In this document: positions 16,719-25,436 of the stretch, piece after piece | Position numbering within the stretch: position 1 is the stretch's first letter | Layout: each line of letters starts with the position of its first letter | Virus record (IMG/VR): IMGVR_UViG_3300027205_000002 | Span: 1 to 51,846 of that record | DNA from: a virus | Taxonomy: Duplodnaviria; Caudoviricetes | Length of the DNA stretch: 51,846 nt | Reading direction: 5' to 3' (one strand) | The notes under the pieces: model-generated | Told to the model about the DNA's origin: nothing | What the model saw: only the letters and a program-made list of their open reading frames with translations | Database searches by the model: none | Translations under genes and position numbers: made by a program

Positions 16719-16902
16719 CAAGCGGAGCGACTAGTGCGTGGATGTCCAAAAGGATGTCGCCCATATCAGAGGCTGGGATTACTTGGTGACCTGAAGTCAT
16801 CTTGATAGCCTGCTGAACAAGAGCAAGTATTTCACGCAACGCTTTGAGTTCTGCGTCAATGTCGGATACTTCGTCTAGTGGCGTGTCAGTGAGTTTATTC
16901 AT
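16711..16902 (-). CDS. hypothetical protein, leaderless
   Basis: TTGACA-17-TAGAAT-6-ATG. Confidence 0.75.
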   Translation of the reverse strand: MNKLTDTPLDEVSDIDAELKALREILALVQQAIKMTSGHQVIPASDMGDILLDIHALVAPLVR

Positions 16903-16933
16903 ATCTATATTCTACCCCGTTTTAGTCTAAATG

Positions 16934-17197
16934 TCAAGCGTTTTGTATGAAAATATTTCCGTACATCTCGTGACGCAGTATCAAATCTCTGACAGCCCCG
17001 TCTGGCGAGTCGCCACGACCAAGAAGAATCGCTCGGTCACTCCACCAAAAAGCAGAGCACTCAGCATCATCGCCTATTGCGTCAGTTGGAAAAGCAAAGC
17101 CTGAGAAAGCGAACCAAGCCCCACCTTCGTACACTCCCCCGTAGCGTGACTCCCTTACAACAACGGGATACAACTCAATGGGGGGAGAAGGAAACAT
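16934..17197 (-). CDS. hypothetical protein
   Basis: RYGGVYEGG motif; operonic. Confidence 0.75.
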   Translation of the reverse strand: MFPSPPIELYPVVVRESRYGGVYEGGAWFAFSGFAFPTDAIGDDAECSAFWWSDRAILLGRGDSPDGAVRDLILRHEMYGNIFIQNA

Positions 17198-17200
17198 TGC

Positions 17201-17542
17201 TTACATCAAAAGCGATCTGACGATGATTGGGGTTCGCTCACCTATCCATGCGCCGACACAGTTGAACTCAATAAACTCCATTGCTTCTTCGTCGTCCATG
17301 CCATCACGGGTCATAAGGACTTCTACCATTTTGTCGTATGAGTAGACAGCGAGGATTGGTTCGTTGATGCGTTGTGAGTAACCGATACAGGCTTCGTCAA
17401 AACCGTCCATAAGGAGTGCTTCTTCGTCTATCTCCTTGAAGTGTTCGGTAAGTTCTTCTCTAGTGGTGGTCATTGTTGCCCCTTTCGGCATTGTGTCGTA
17501 TTCGGTTGATGCGTCTTTGTAGCGAAATGGATTGTAGTCCAC
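17201..17542 (-). CDS. conserved phage hypothetical protein (DGFDEA.IG...A.EF.EFN..GAW.GE.TP)
   Basis: Motif common in aquatic phages; start may be ATG 17473. Confidence 0.8.
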   Translation of the reverse strand: MDYNPFRYKDASTEYDTMPKGATMTTTREELTEHFKEIDEEALLMDGFDEACIGYSQRINEPILAVYSYDKMVEVLMTRDGMDDEEAMEFIEFNCVGAWIGERTPIIVRSLLM

Positions 17543-17632
17543 CTATCGCTTCCAATACTTGATAGCAAACATAGAACCCACTCCAATAACGAGGGTAAAA
17601 CATAGGAACACAGAGTCAAAATGAAGTGTCAT
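17543..17632 (-). CDS. 29-aa membrane peptide, leaderless
   Basis: TTGACA-17-TAGACT-6-ATG; TM helix then KYWKR. Confidence 0.6.
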   Translation of the reverse strand: MTLHFDSVFLCFTLVIGVGSMFAIKYWKR

Positions 17633-17670
17633 GGTCATAGTCTATCTCCATTTATCCTCTTTGTCAAGTA

Positions 17671-17796
17671 TTATCTACGACAGCCACCGCATGGTGGTCG
17701 TGAACCCATCATTCTTTGAAGGAAAACGCCTTGATTTTCTTTCTTTTTGATGGTTGTCTCTGTCGCTGGGGTTTCGGGTTTTTTGTTTTCGTCCAT
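17671..17796 (-). CDS. 41-aa peptide
   Basis: MDENKK...PPCGGCRR. Confidence 0.45.
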   Translation of the reverse strand: MDENKKPETPATETTIKKKENQGVFLQRMMGSRPPCGGCRR

Positions 17797-17815
17797 TCCC
17801 TATTTTACACGGAGA

Positions 17816-18037
17816 CTAGTTCGTGGAGACCAATTGATAACTAGTGATGATGTTAGAGCATGAGCGGAGTTGGACATTCTTGAAAATTGTTTGGTAGTAA
17901 GCCATTTTGGCTTTTGCCCGTGGCAATTCTTTTTCGTCGTAGATATGCCATTCGCAGGCACTAACTTCACCAAGTTTGAACTCAGGCAGGTCAGTGTCTT
18001 TGGGGAGATGGGCAAGAAGGATGTAGTGGTTGGTCAT
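17816..18037 (-). CDS. hypothetical protein, leaderless
   Basis: TTGACA-17-TATACT-7-ATG(18037). Confidence 0.75.
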   Translation of the reverse strand: MTNHYILLAHLPKDTDLPEFKLGEVSACEWHIYDEKELPRAKAKMAYYQTIFKNVQLRSCSNIITSYQLVSTN

Positions 18038-18085
18038 ATGTGTCAGTATATCGTGAGAAAGGCTATTTGTCAACCTTTTATAATA

Positions 18086-18538
18086 TTATTTCTCGTAGAA
18101 TAAATTGTTTAGTTCATTGATCTCATCAATACGCTCAACGGCAATGTTCATAGAAGAGGTGAATATTTCCTCTATTGCCACATCTTCATTGATCTCGTCC
18201 AAGAGTTTTTCCATTCCCTCGTAGAACTCATCAACTTCTTCTTTGTCCATTCCGCTAAAGCGACGATCCATAGCAATCCAGTTGCCAATCTCGCAGTACA
18301 TAGCAAACTCGTGGAGCGATAGCCCCGCCATCTCTGCTACATCAAGAAGTTCAAACCGTGCTGGCTGATCATCAACAAAACCCTTTATTAGAATCATTTG
18401 CTGAAGCCGAGAAATCTTTACCAAGTCTTCGCTTGACGGGTGTTCCCAATTATGTACGGTAACTATCCATTCTTTGAGGTCGGCTATTTCTTCCTCGGAG
18501 ATATTTTTGGCGATTGATTTTTTGAAATCTTCGTTCAT
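18086..18538 (-). CDS. hypothetical protein, tandem paralog of 18535-18939
   Basis: AG...Y...G.WIA.DR shared; ATGA coupling. Confidence 0.8.
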   Translation of the reverse strand: MNEDFKKSIAKNISEEEIADLKEWIVTVHNWEHPSSEDLVKISRLQQMILIKGFVDDQPARFELLDVAEMAGLSLHEFAMYCEIGNWIAMDRRFSGMDKEEVDEFYEGMEKLLDEINEDVAIEEIFTSSMNIAVERIDEINELNNLFYEK

Positions 18539-18939
18539 AGTTCCCACATTTCGTTGAGCAGTTCAATTTCGTTATAAACATTGTCGTCTTTGACGGGCGC
18601 AATAAGAATATTTGGTTGGTTTTCGGGGTTGCCCCAGAAGTCATCGTAATCATCTGATTCCATACTGCGTGTTGATCGGTCTAGTGCGATCCATTCCCCG
18701 TATGATGCGTATGCCATTAGGTCGTCTTTGTCCACGCCGGCCAGCCCCGCATAGGTGTCTATCATCATCGGGTAGTTTCCGTGCGTGAGTGCGCATACGG
18801 TTTTGATATCTGACAAGAATTGCCACAGGTCTATAACTGTTTGCGGTCGCGCAAATTGTGATCCAGTGATTTTGCTGAACTGTTTGGCTTTTTCTCGTAA
18901 TCGTTTTTTGAGGATTACTATGTAGTCTTCCTTTTCCAT
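18535..18939 (-). CDS. hypothetical protein, leaderless
   Basis: TTGACA-17-TAGAAT-6-ATG. Confidence 0.85.
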   Translation of the reverse strand: MEKEDYIVILKKRLREKAKQFSKITGSQFARPQTVIDLWQFLSDIKTVCALTHGNYPMMIDTYAGLAGVDKDDLMAYASYGEWIALDRSTRSMESDDYDDFWGNPENQPNILIAPVKDDNVYNEIELLNEMWEL

Positions 18940-18978
18940 GCGTATATTCTACTCTGTTTTCTGTTGTTTGTCAAGTGT

Positions 18979-19182
18979 TTAGAATAAAGAATCTTGCCTG
19001 TTGCCTCTGAGGTGTCGCGTATCAAAACACCATGCGTGAAGATAAACATATTCCTCGTTCTCAATGGCGACAGTGCGTGTTGCCCCCTTCACCCAGCCCC
19101 GTACAAGGCGATAGATATTTGACTGCGAAGGGTCTAACCCTTCTCCACAGTCTCGGCAGGTGTAAATAGGCGACAGTGCCAT
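18979..19182 (-). CDS. small zinc-binding protein
   Basis: CRDC...HAWC; GAAAGGA RBS. Confidence 0.7.
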   Translation of the reverse strand: MALSPIYTCRDCGEGLDPSQSNIYRLVRGWVKGATRTVAIENEEYVYLHAWCFDTRHLRGNRQDSLF

Positions 19183-19331
19183 GCGTGTTCCTTTCGTCTA
19201 CTACGAGCGTAGTCTTCAATCGCATCAGCATACGACAAAAACTCCCTACCAGTCATGGCAAGAAGTTCGTTGTCGGTAGGTTCTCTATCGGGTCGCCACT
19301 TGCGCCACTGATAGTTAGACCATTCCGTCAT
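19134..19331 (-). CDS. hypothetical protein
   Basis: Operonic ORF. Confidence 0.55.
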   Translation of the reverse strand: MTEWSNYQWRKWRPDREPTDNELLAMTGREFLSYADAIEDYARSRRKEHAWHCRLFTPAETVEKG

Positions 19332-19719
19332 TCATTCGTTCTTTCGCTACGGCAACAGACGCTTTGTCTTTCATTGCCCCCAGCCAAATCTTGTAAGTTT
19401 CGGCATGATGAATAATCATTCGGAGTTCGTCAGCGGGGACATCGTAGTCCTCTCCGTCCGACTCTCCGTCTGAGTTGAGTGCGCCAAACACGACGCAAGT
19501 TCCGCAGAGAATGCGACCAAATAAAGCGGTGGCGATGAAGTTGATGTGTTCGCCGTCAATGAGTCCTGTGTCGGATACATAGCCGATGATGTTCTCGCCG
19601 TATACGCAGTCAAACCAGTTCCCGATCATTTCGTGAATTTCGGAATGGGTTATTCCTACCTCAAATGTCTTTGTGGAGATGCCGTTGTTGGTGATGATGA
19701 TTGCTGTGGTGGTTGTCAT
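19315..19719 (-). CDS. DUF3846-like protein, leaderless
   Basis: IG..FD.V...YV.D.GL....IN..AT...L.G..V; promoter 19726-19754. Confidence 0.7.
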   Translation of the reverse strand: MTTTTAIIITNNGISTKTFEVGITHSEIHEMIGNWFDCVYGENIIGYVSDTGLIDGEHINFIATALFGRILCGTCVVFGALNSDGESDGEDYDVPADELRMIIHHAETYKIWLGAMKDKASVAVAKERMNDGMV

Positions 19720-19805
19720 GAGTACAGTATATCTCCGTTATTGTTGTTTGTCAAGTTTTTATTTGAGATTTTCTGACTTTTTTACAACGAGAGTGAAGGT
19801 CTTGC

Positions 19806-20216
19806 TCATTGTTCCCACCACTCGTTTAGGGCGTCACAAATCGCACCCTGTCCATCGCCACCCAAGTCCAGAGCCTCATCAGGCTCGTCCTCACGGCGCA
19901 TAATGTTTGAGAACCCGTGAATAGTTTTCATAGTCACGATGCGAATGCGATAACGCTCAGGGTGCTGACTCGGACGGATTGTTTCAGGATTTTCGGGGTT
20001 GTGGGGCGAAGCGTATCCAACCATTACCAACGCAACAGCGTTGATGTACGAGGGTCGTTTGGTTTCCACTAATAACTCGTAGGGGTTAGGGTTTGTTCCC
20101 AGCAGATAAGCCCCGTCGTTGTCGCAGGCGTAAAGCAGAGCGTCTATCTCAAACGGGTCGTCCGTGTGATTGTGAACCAAGTCGTCAATAGTTTTTGCCA
20201 TTGCGGTGATGTTCAT
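19806..20216 (-). CDS. hypothetical protein (RPSQHPER.R.R motif)
   Basis: TAATG coupling. Confidence 0.8.
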   Translation of the reverse strand: MNITAMAKTIDDLVHNHTDDPFEIDALLYACDNDGAYLLGTNPNPYELLVETKRPSYINAVALVMVGYASPHNPENPETIRPSQHPERYRIRIVTMKTIHGFSNIMRREDEPDEALDLGGDGQGAICDALNEWWEQ

Positions 20217-20491
20217 TATTCCGTTTCCCCTACTGCTTCTATTTGTTCGTTGATTAGTTGTTCGTTGTATTCCGACTTTTCTACAACTGCGTCGGCAATC
20301 CATTCGGATACATCGTTTCCTGCGTTGTCCCATTCGTCAAACTCCTTACAGATTTCTGCCCACGCTTCATCGGTGAGGGTGTGTTCGTCAATCGTTGGGT
20401 ACTCCATATCCTCTTTGAGCCATATGAGAGCGCAGATGTTTTCGTCAGGGCTTTTGCCCTCTAGGATTTTTAGGAGTGATGAGACTTTCAT
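20216..20491 (-). CDS. acidic hypothetical protein
   Basis: ATGA coupling. Confidence 0.8.
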   Translation of the reverse strand: MKVSSLLKILEGKSPDENICALIWLKEDMEYPTIDEHTLTDEAWAEICKEFDEWDNAGNDVSEWIADAVVEKSEYNEQLINEQIEAVGETE

Positions 20492-20793
20492 CGCTCAACT
20501 CCGATGTGGGCTAGTGCTTCCAATACATCGTGGAAGTAGTGTCCGTGACAGATGTACCAACCTCTGTCGTTGGCGATAACTGTCCAAGAGGCGTAGGCGT
20601 GAAAGTTCTGTCCCTCACGGACTGCCACTACTTGCCAAGTGGAGAAACTTGCGCCACCCCATTGTGACGGGTGAGCAGGTCGGAAGTCTTGTGTCTTGCG
20701 GAACGCAATGACAGTTGCCTCGTTGTAGAGGCGTGTGCCTACTGCGATATCGGCGGTGGTGTGGTCGTATTCGGTGATGGTGGTGGTGGTCAT
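20488..20793 (-). CDS. hypothetical protein, leaderless
   Basis: TTGACA-17-TATACT-6-ATG. Confidence 0.85.
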   Translation of the reverse strand: MTTTTITEYDHTTADIAVGTRLYNEATVIAFRKTQDFRPAHPSQWGGASFSTWQVVAVREGQNFHAYASWTVIANDRGWYICHGHYFHDVLEALAHIGVER

Positions 20794-20853
20794 GACTACA
20801 GTATACCAATCTTTCTGTTAGTTGTCAAGTGTTTTACGAAAGTATTTACGAAA

Positions 20854-21318
20854 CTACCAAGATGACGAATACTCAAAGTCCCAATCGTTGGGCATGGTGA
20901 GCAACTTGTCAATCGTGTCGGCGGTATAGGTCAAGCCCTCTATGTACCATTCGCTATAGTCCGTTGAGCCGAAGAAGAAACCGTTAGAAGTCGGCAACAG
21001 TTCGTCAGCGAGCGTGGTATCGGCAAGAACCTTACGACAGGTGTCTCGCAGTTCCTCTAACTTCTCTCGCCCGACAAAGACCGTCTGACATTCGTCCTCG
21101 CCACCCTGACACTCCTGAACGAACCAGTTATGGATAGCGTTCTGCTTGCGCCATTGAGCGACTTTCACTTCTATGAAAGCCGTCGGGAAGTCTGTTTCCA
21201 TAAACTCCCCAACCTTACTGAGAGCGACAAGCGTGGCAAACAGTTGCTTGCTCTCGTCACTACCCCAGTCACCGCTGTGAGCGAACTTCTTTGCGTATAA
21301 GTATTGGTCGAGTCCCAT
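20854..21318 (-). CDS. conserved phage protein (MGLDQY...WRK.NAIHNWF...GFFFGS)
   Basis: Motif; TTGACA-17-TAGAAT-6-ATG. Confidence 0.9.
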   Translation of the reverse strand: MGLDQYLYAKKFAHSGDWGSDESKQLFATLVALSKVGEFMETDFPTAFIEVKVAQWRKQNAIHNWFVQECQGGEDECQTVFVGREKLEELRDTCRKVLADTTLADELLPTSNGFFFGSTDYSEWYIEGLTYTADTIDKLLTMPNDWDFEYSSSW

Positions 21319-21388
21319 GTGTTTATTCTACCCCTTATCTTTGTTGGTGTCAAGTGTTTGTTTAGATTTATTTGGGAGAGCGAGGGGA

Positions 21389-21688
21389 TTAGTCCTCGTC
21401 ATCATCCTCGTCGTTGTCAATGCCTTCGGGTGCTTCCACATTCGGGAAGTAAACGATAATGCCCCTGCCCATGTCGTCAAAGCGTGGCTGGCTAAGTATG
21501 AAAGCCAAGTCCGAGTCCTGAACGCTGAGAGCGAAACGGAAAGCGTCAGTAATGCTCTCCATGTCAATACCGAGACATTCCTTGCCGTACATATTGCGCC
21601 CGCTGTATGAGCGAAGTTCGGCATCGTCAATGTCGGATACGAGGCTCTGAATGTCCTCAACTTGTGTGGTGGTTAGTGTGGTTGTCAT
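21389..21688 (-). CDS. conserved phage hypothetical protein (YSGR.MYGKECLG)
   Basis: TTGACA-17-TATACT-7-ATG(21688). Confidence 0.85.
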   Translation of the reverse strand: MTTTLTTTQVEDIQSLVSDIDDAELRSYSGRNMYGKECLGIDMESITDAFRFALSVQDSDLAFILSQPRFDDMGRGIIVYFPNVEAPEGIDNDEDDDED

Positions 21689-21752
21689 GGATGTAAGTAT
21701 ACCGCCATTACGGTAGGTTGTCAATAGTTTTACGGATATTTCCTAAGAATAT

Positions 21753-21820
21753 TTATCCACAGGTTTATCCACAAGCACTAAGGTTATCCACAACCGCCAC
21801 CCCGAACGAACAAGTGTTCC
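21753..21820. promoter_or_regulatory. DnaA box cluster 2 plus LexA-like box
   Basis: TTATCCACA at 21753, 21765, 21784; CGAACAAGTGTTCC at 21807. Confidence 0.8.
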
Positions 21821-21854
21821 CCATTCCCGACGAAGGAGAAAAACTTATATATGC

Positions 21855-21878
21855 GCAAGGAGTGACGGTGGCAGAAAG
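21855..21878 (+). repeat. 24-bp polar motif copy 4
   Basis: GCAA-N5-GACGGTGGCAGAAAG. Confidence 0.75.
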
Positions 21879-21880
21879 CA

Positions 21881-22330
21881 CTACGGCACTAAGGGTCGTA
21901 GGGCGATTGACTCAGCCTTAGCGAACTGATCAGGACACAAGTTCTCTCCGCCTGATTGGACAATAGAGTAATGAAGTTTTGCGTCATCATTATCCGTTGA
22001 GCCTTCGTTGATACGGCTGATCACATCATCGGTAGTCATGCCATCAGTCATCAACTGACACCACAACTCGCCCAACTCAACAACTTCGTTATCAGACATC
22101 GGCGGAACAGCCCCGTAGAGGAAGTACACATCGTCCACGAACGCTGTTTGTTCCTGAGTGAATGGTCTATCCGTAATCGGAATAGTGTCAAAAATAGGAA
22201 CACCAGTCGTAGGAAGCGGTTGAAGCGTAGTGCCAGCAACATCATCCATCTTTGATGAACAACTCACCTGAACAAGCAGGAGCGAGTAAACACATCCGAG
22301 AAGAGCAATTGGAAGTATCGTGCGTTTCAT
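21881..22330 (-). CDS. DUF732-like secreted/lipoprotein
   Basis: Signal peptide; F...G...C..M..G...CP pattern. Confidence 0.7.
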   Translation of the reverse strand: MKRTILPIALLGCVYSLLLVQVSCSSKMDDVAGTTLQPLPTTGVPIFDTIPITDRPFTQEQTAFVDDVYFLYGAVPPMSDNEVVELGELWCQLMTDGMTTDDVISRINEGSTDNDDAKLHYSIVQSGGENLCPDQFAKAESIALRPLVP

Positions 22331-22743
22331 TAGTTATCAAACTTGTATGCCTGCTCAGGGCAGAAGTTCACGACAGCCGATGCCACAACATTAGTAAGTA
22401 ATTCTTCTACACTGGCGATACCGCCAGACGATGAGACAATTGCGTCAAGTGCGTCGTATCCACTCATACCACTACGCAAACCATCACACACCACATAACC
22501 TGTGTTAATCATGTCTTGGTCTTCTAAGTAGATAGGGCCAGAAGTTTCGCTGTAGATGTCGTAGATGAACTCTTCTTCGTCTGAGTAGATGGGTTCAGGT
22601 CCTGAGGTCGCAATTGGTGCGTCAGTTGTCTTGGTCACCTTGACTGTTGTGTCAGGTGCTTCGGTACTAGTGACATACACGGTCTTGCTTCCGCAACCTA
22701 CGAGTACGAGTGTGCCGATAATAATTGGAATGAGTCGTTTCAT
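22330..22743 (-). CDS. DUF732-like lipoprotein
   Basis: Lipobox LVGC; GYVVCDGLRSG...AVVNFCP. Confidence 0.75.
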   Translation of the reverse strand: MKRLIPIIIGTLVLVGCGSKTVYVTSTEAPDTTVKVTKTTDAPIATSGPEPIYSDEEEFIYDIYSETSGPIYLEDQDMINTGYVVCDGLRSGMSGYDALDAIVSSSGGIASVEELLTNVVASAVVNFCPEQAYKFDN

Positions 22744-23063
22744 ACTGATACCTTATCCTTTTTTTTAGGTTTTGTCAAGTGCTTTTCTATACCGTTGTTG
22801 GGTTTGGTTTTAGCATCGTCCCATTCATTTACAGCCTTACATACCTCGCATACTGTTTCAGTCATCTCCCCGTCATACGGGTGAGATAACCACATAGCGA
22901 AGCGTTCTTTGGAGTCCCGTGCCGTAGTCATAAGGACAGCCATAAGTCTGCTGTATTCGGCGTACTCTTCAGTTGGCGTACAAGAACAACCCACCGTTAT
23001 GGCGATGTTGCGCAGTCGTTCACCGAGAGCGATAAGGTCAGGACATTCCTGCTGAACGAGCAA
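22740..23063 (-). CDS. hypothetical protein (probable TTG start 23063)
   Basis: GGAAAG before TTG; Cys motifs. Confidence 0.55.
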   Translation of the reverse strand: MLVQQECPDLIALGERLRNIAITVGCSCTPTEEYAEYSRLMAVLMTTARDSKERFAMWLSHPYDGEMTETVCEVCKAVNEWDDAKTKPNNGIEKHLTKPKKKDKVSV

Positions 23064-23406
23064 GACGGTCTTTCCATTCCTGAATATCCGCAGCCAACTT
23101 TTCGTCAGGCTGACCGAACTCGTTGGGGGTATAACGGACATAGATATCGTACAAACCGTCGTCGTCACGCTTGCGAGTGGCAAAACGGAACTGTGAATAC
23201 TTGCCGAGTGTTGGGGCAAGGCTTGAGCGATTAGAGGCACTCTCACGGACGAGACACCACAGGTTAGGCTTCTGTATGACTCCCAAAATGAGTTTCTGTA
23301 CCGTACCTAAGCGGTATGCGTAGCGATTAGGATTGCCCTTACGACCTCTTCCTGACGCTCCGCCACGACTTTCGGGCAGGCTAGTAAATGCTTTGATTTC
23401 TGACAT
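23038..23406 (-). CDS. hypothetical protein
   Basis: Promoter 23468-23496, AAAGGGA RBS. Confidence 0.8.
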   Translation of the reverse strand: MSEIKAFTSLPESRGGASGRGRKGNPNRYAYRLGTVQKLILGVIQKPNLWCLVRESASNRSSLAPTLGKYSQFRFATRKRDDDGLYDIYVRYTPNEFGQPDEKLAADIQEWKDRLARSAGMS

Positions 23407-23520
23407 AGTTTGTTTTCCCTTTTGTTTGTTTGCTTATTGCTACCCTTGTGGGCAGTTCTTGTTGGTTAGTCTACCAAGTTATTACTGAAATGTCAAGTGA
23501 TAACAACATTTGTTATTGTG

Positions 23521-23805
23521 TCACTCGTCACTGATTACTTTCCAACCATCGTGATGTCCTGTGACAAGAAGGTCTTTCCATTCTTGTTCGGACTCGCAGT
23601 AGTAGAAGATTTGGTCATCCCACTCAGACCACACATCGTGTTCGGGGTGTTCGGGGTCTGCCAAGATATCGGTTACCCGTGAGGCGTTGCTATCAACAAT
23701 GATTTGGACGCTCTCTGTTGCTTCGGGTGCGTCGTCCCAAAAGATTTCTACCTCAACACCGTTGAGCCAAAAGTCGGATGGTGTAACGAACTTTGTGAGT
23801 TCCAT
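23521..23805 (-). CDS. acidic hypothetical protein
   Basis: TAATG coupling. Confidence 0.8.
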   Translation of the reverse strand: MELTKFVTPSDFWLNGVEVEIFWDDAPEATESVQIIVDSNASRVTDILADPEHPEHDVWSEWDDQIFYYCESEQEWKDLLVTGHHDGWKVISDE

Positions 23806-24008
23806 TACTTGTTCACCGCCCAAGCGGCTTGCGACATACAGCCGTGTCCATACCAGTCCTCTAGACCCTCTGATGTTCCACAGTCTGAGCAGATTTCTGT
23901 TTGGTTATCGGTGCGTGAGAGTGCGCCGATGTATTGCCCACGACATAAGTCGTTGGGGATACCGCCCAAGCAACGAGGGCAAGTGTATTGGTCAAGCGTA
24001 ATGCTCAC
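23805..24008 (-). CDS. zinc-finger protein (CPRC...ALSR.DN.T.ICS.CG)
   Basis: Motif; GTGA coupling. Confidence 0.8.
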   Translation of the reverse strand: MSITLDQYTCPRCLGGIPNDLCRGQYIGALSRTDNQTEICSDCGTSEGLEDWYGHGCMSQAAWAVNK

Positions 24009-24403
24009 ACTTCCACTTCCTCTTTGACTTCAGCAACGACGATACGGGTGTAAGGCGTTGGGGTCATTACTTGTTCCTCAATGCCTGAGTCAATCAGACC
24101 GTTCTTGAGAGCCTTGTCAAATGCTTTTGGCTCAACGGCAATCTTGGTGACTTCACGGAAGATATCCGCAGTGACGAGTCCCTCTAGGATGTCGGTGTGG
24201 AAGTTACGACGGATAGCGTCAATCGCTGAGACTTTCTGTCCATCTACGGTTGCGTTGTTTGTGTCTTCTGAGGCGAATGCCCGCTGAAGTTCGTCTTTCG
24301 CTTGCTCAACCATTTTGTCGGCGTTCTTCTGAGCGTTGAGAGCCATCAGGTAAATGCGTGAGGCTCGTTGGGACATGGACTCTGTGGTGGTTAGTGTTGT
24401 CAT
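24005..24403 (-). CDS. hypothetical protein, leaderless
   Basis: TTGACA-17-TAAGAT-7-ATG(24403). Confidence 0.85.
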   Translation of the reverse strand: MTTLTTTESMSQRASRIYLMALNAQKNADKMVEQAKDELQRAFASEDTNNATVDGQKVSAIDAIRRNFHTDILEGLVTADIFREVTKIAVEPKAFDKALKNGLIDSGIEEQVMTPTPYTRIVVAEVKEEVEV

Positions 24404-24561
24404 GGTGTACATCTTATCCTTGTTTATTGTGTTTGTCAATAGTTTTGCGAAGATTTCTTAGAAATATTTTGGGCTATCGTTTGTGGCGTATGGAGTGGAT
24501 AGGCTAACACTATCGGTATGTGTAGTTTTATTTCTTACTGAGAGTAAATATTTGTATATGC

Positions 24562-24585
24562 GCAATGTATGACGGTGGTGGAAAG
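24562..24585 (+). repeat. 24-bp polar motif copy 5
   Basis: GCAA-N5-GACGGTGGTGGAAAG. Confidence 0.85.
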
Positions 24586-24587
24586 GA

Positions 24588-24800
24588 TCAGTCAATGACC
24601 GTCCATCTGTCGCCAAACTCAGAGTTCAGTCCTAAAGACGAGCCATCGTCCCATTTCACAGAGACAGTACCCGTGTCATCCACGAAGTCAATGACCCCTT
24701 GGTTGCCTTGGCGTAGCCCCGTGTACGGGTCGTTCGTGTATTGGAGTTGGACTCGCTTGCCGATGAGTGCTTGTAAGTGGGGATAGGGGTGTTTCAACAT
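24588..24800 (-). CDS. DUF4314 family protein
   Basis: G.RV.L....DPY...G..G.I..VDD.G.V.VKWD.GSSLGL. Confidence 0.85.
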   Translation of the reverse strand: MLKHPYPHLQALIGKRVQLQYTNDPYTGLRQGNQGVIDFVDDTGTVSVKWDDGSSLGLNSEFGDRWTVID

Positions 24801-25066
24801 TAGATGTTCTTGCCAATCCCATAGAACGCACGGGCGTGTCCAAGTAGAAACTCCGAGATAAGATAATCTATCTCAATCTGTGATGCTTCCTCGTTGTAGT
24901 TTGTCATGTCCTCTACGAACACCATGTAAAGCAAGATGATGTCCGAGATGTCTTTACGGGGGTTTTCCTCGCTCCTATCCACCCCACCGAGAGCGTCCTG
25001 CTCTCCGAGTTTTACGCCTCTTGCGTACACTCTTTCGGCAAGGGTTTCTAATGTCTGAACATTCAT
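24800..25066 (-). CDS. hypothetical protein
   Basis: Coupled operon. Confidence 0.75.
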   Translation of the reverse strand: MNVQTLETLAERVYARGVKLGEQDALGGVDRSEENPRKDISDIILLYMVFVEDMTNYNEEASQIEIDYLISEFLLGHARAFYGIGKNI

Positions 25067-25317
25067 AGGTCGTTCCCGTCCTCGTCTTGGAATACAAGTT
25101 CACTCAATCGCATACCAGCGAAGTCGTCTTCTACATATGACTCAACACGGTCAATGATTTGCTCAATCGTAAATGTTTCGTCCGCCGATGGGCGATGAGA
25201 ACCATCTTTGTCGTAGAGGATTGCGAAGTCTCGCTCATCGCTGAGTTGCTGAACAATGCCAGCAACATCATAAGAAACGACTTTCATAACATTTATTCGT
25301 TCAGGTAGGTCGCTCAT
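25063..25317 (-). CDS. hypothetical protein
   Basis: Coupled operon. Confidence 0.75.
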   Translation of the reverse strand: MSDLPERINVMKVVSYDVAGIVQQLSDERDFAILYDKDGSHRPSADETFTIEQIIDRVESYVEDDFAGMRLSELVFQDEDGNDL

Positions 25318-25436
25318 CGGTTATTGCTTCTCCATTCGCAGTAGGCGTTGTAGGTTTCGTCATCGTCGGGGTCAAGACCATTGGCTTCACACCATTGGTC
25401 GTAGGAAGGATTGGACTCAAAGACCTTGATAGTCAT
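25314..25436 (-). CDS. 40-aa peptide (not in track)
   Basis: ATGA overlaps both ends; SYDQWCEANGLDPD. Confidence 0.65.
   Translation of the reverse strand: MTIKVFESNPSYDQWCEANGLDPDDDETYNAYCEWRSNNR

Noticed and set aside
23030-23063. Programmed frameshift joining 23038-23406 to 22740
   Set aside because: An in-frame TTG at 23063 with GGAAAG upstream explains the downstream gene.
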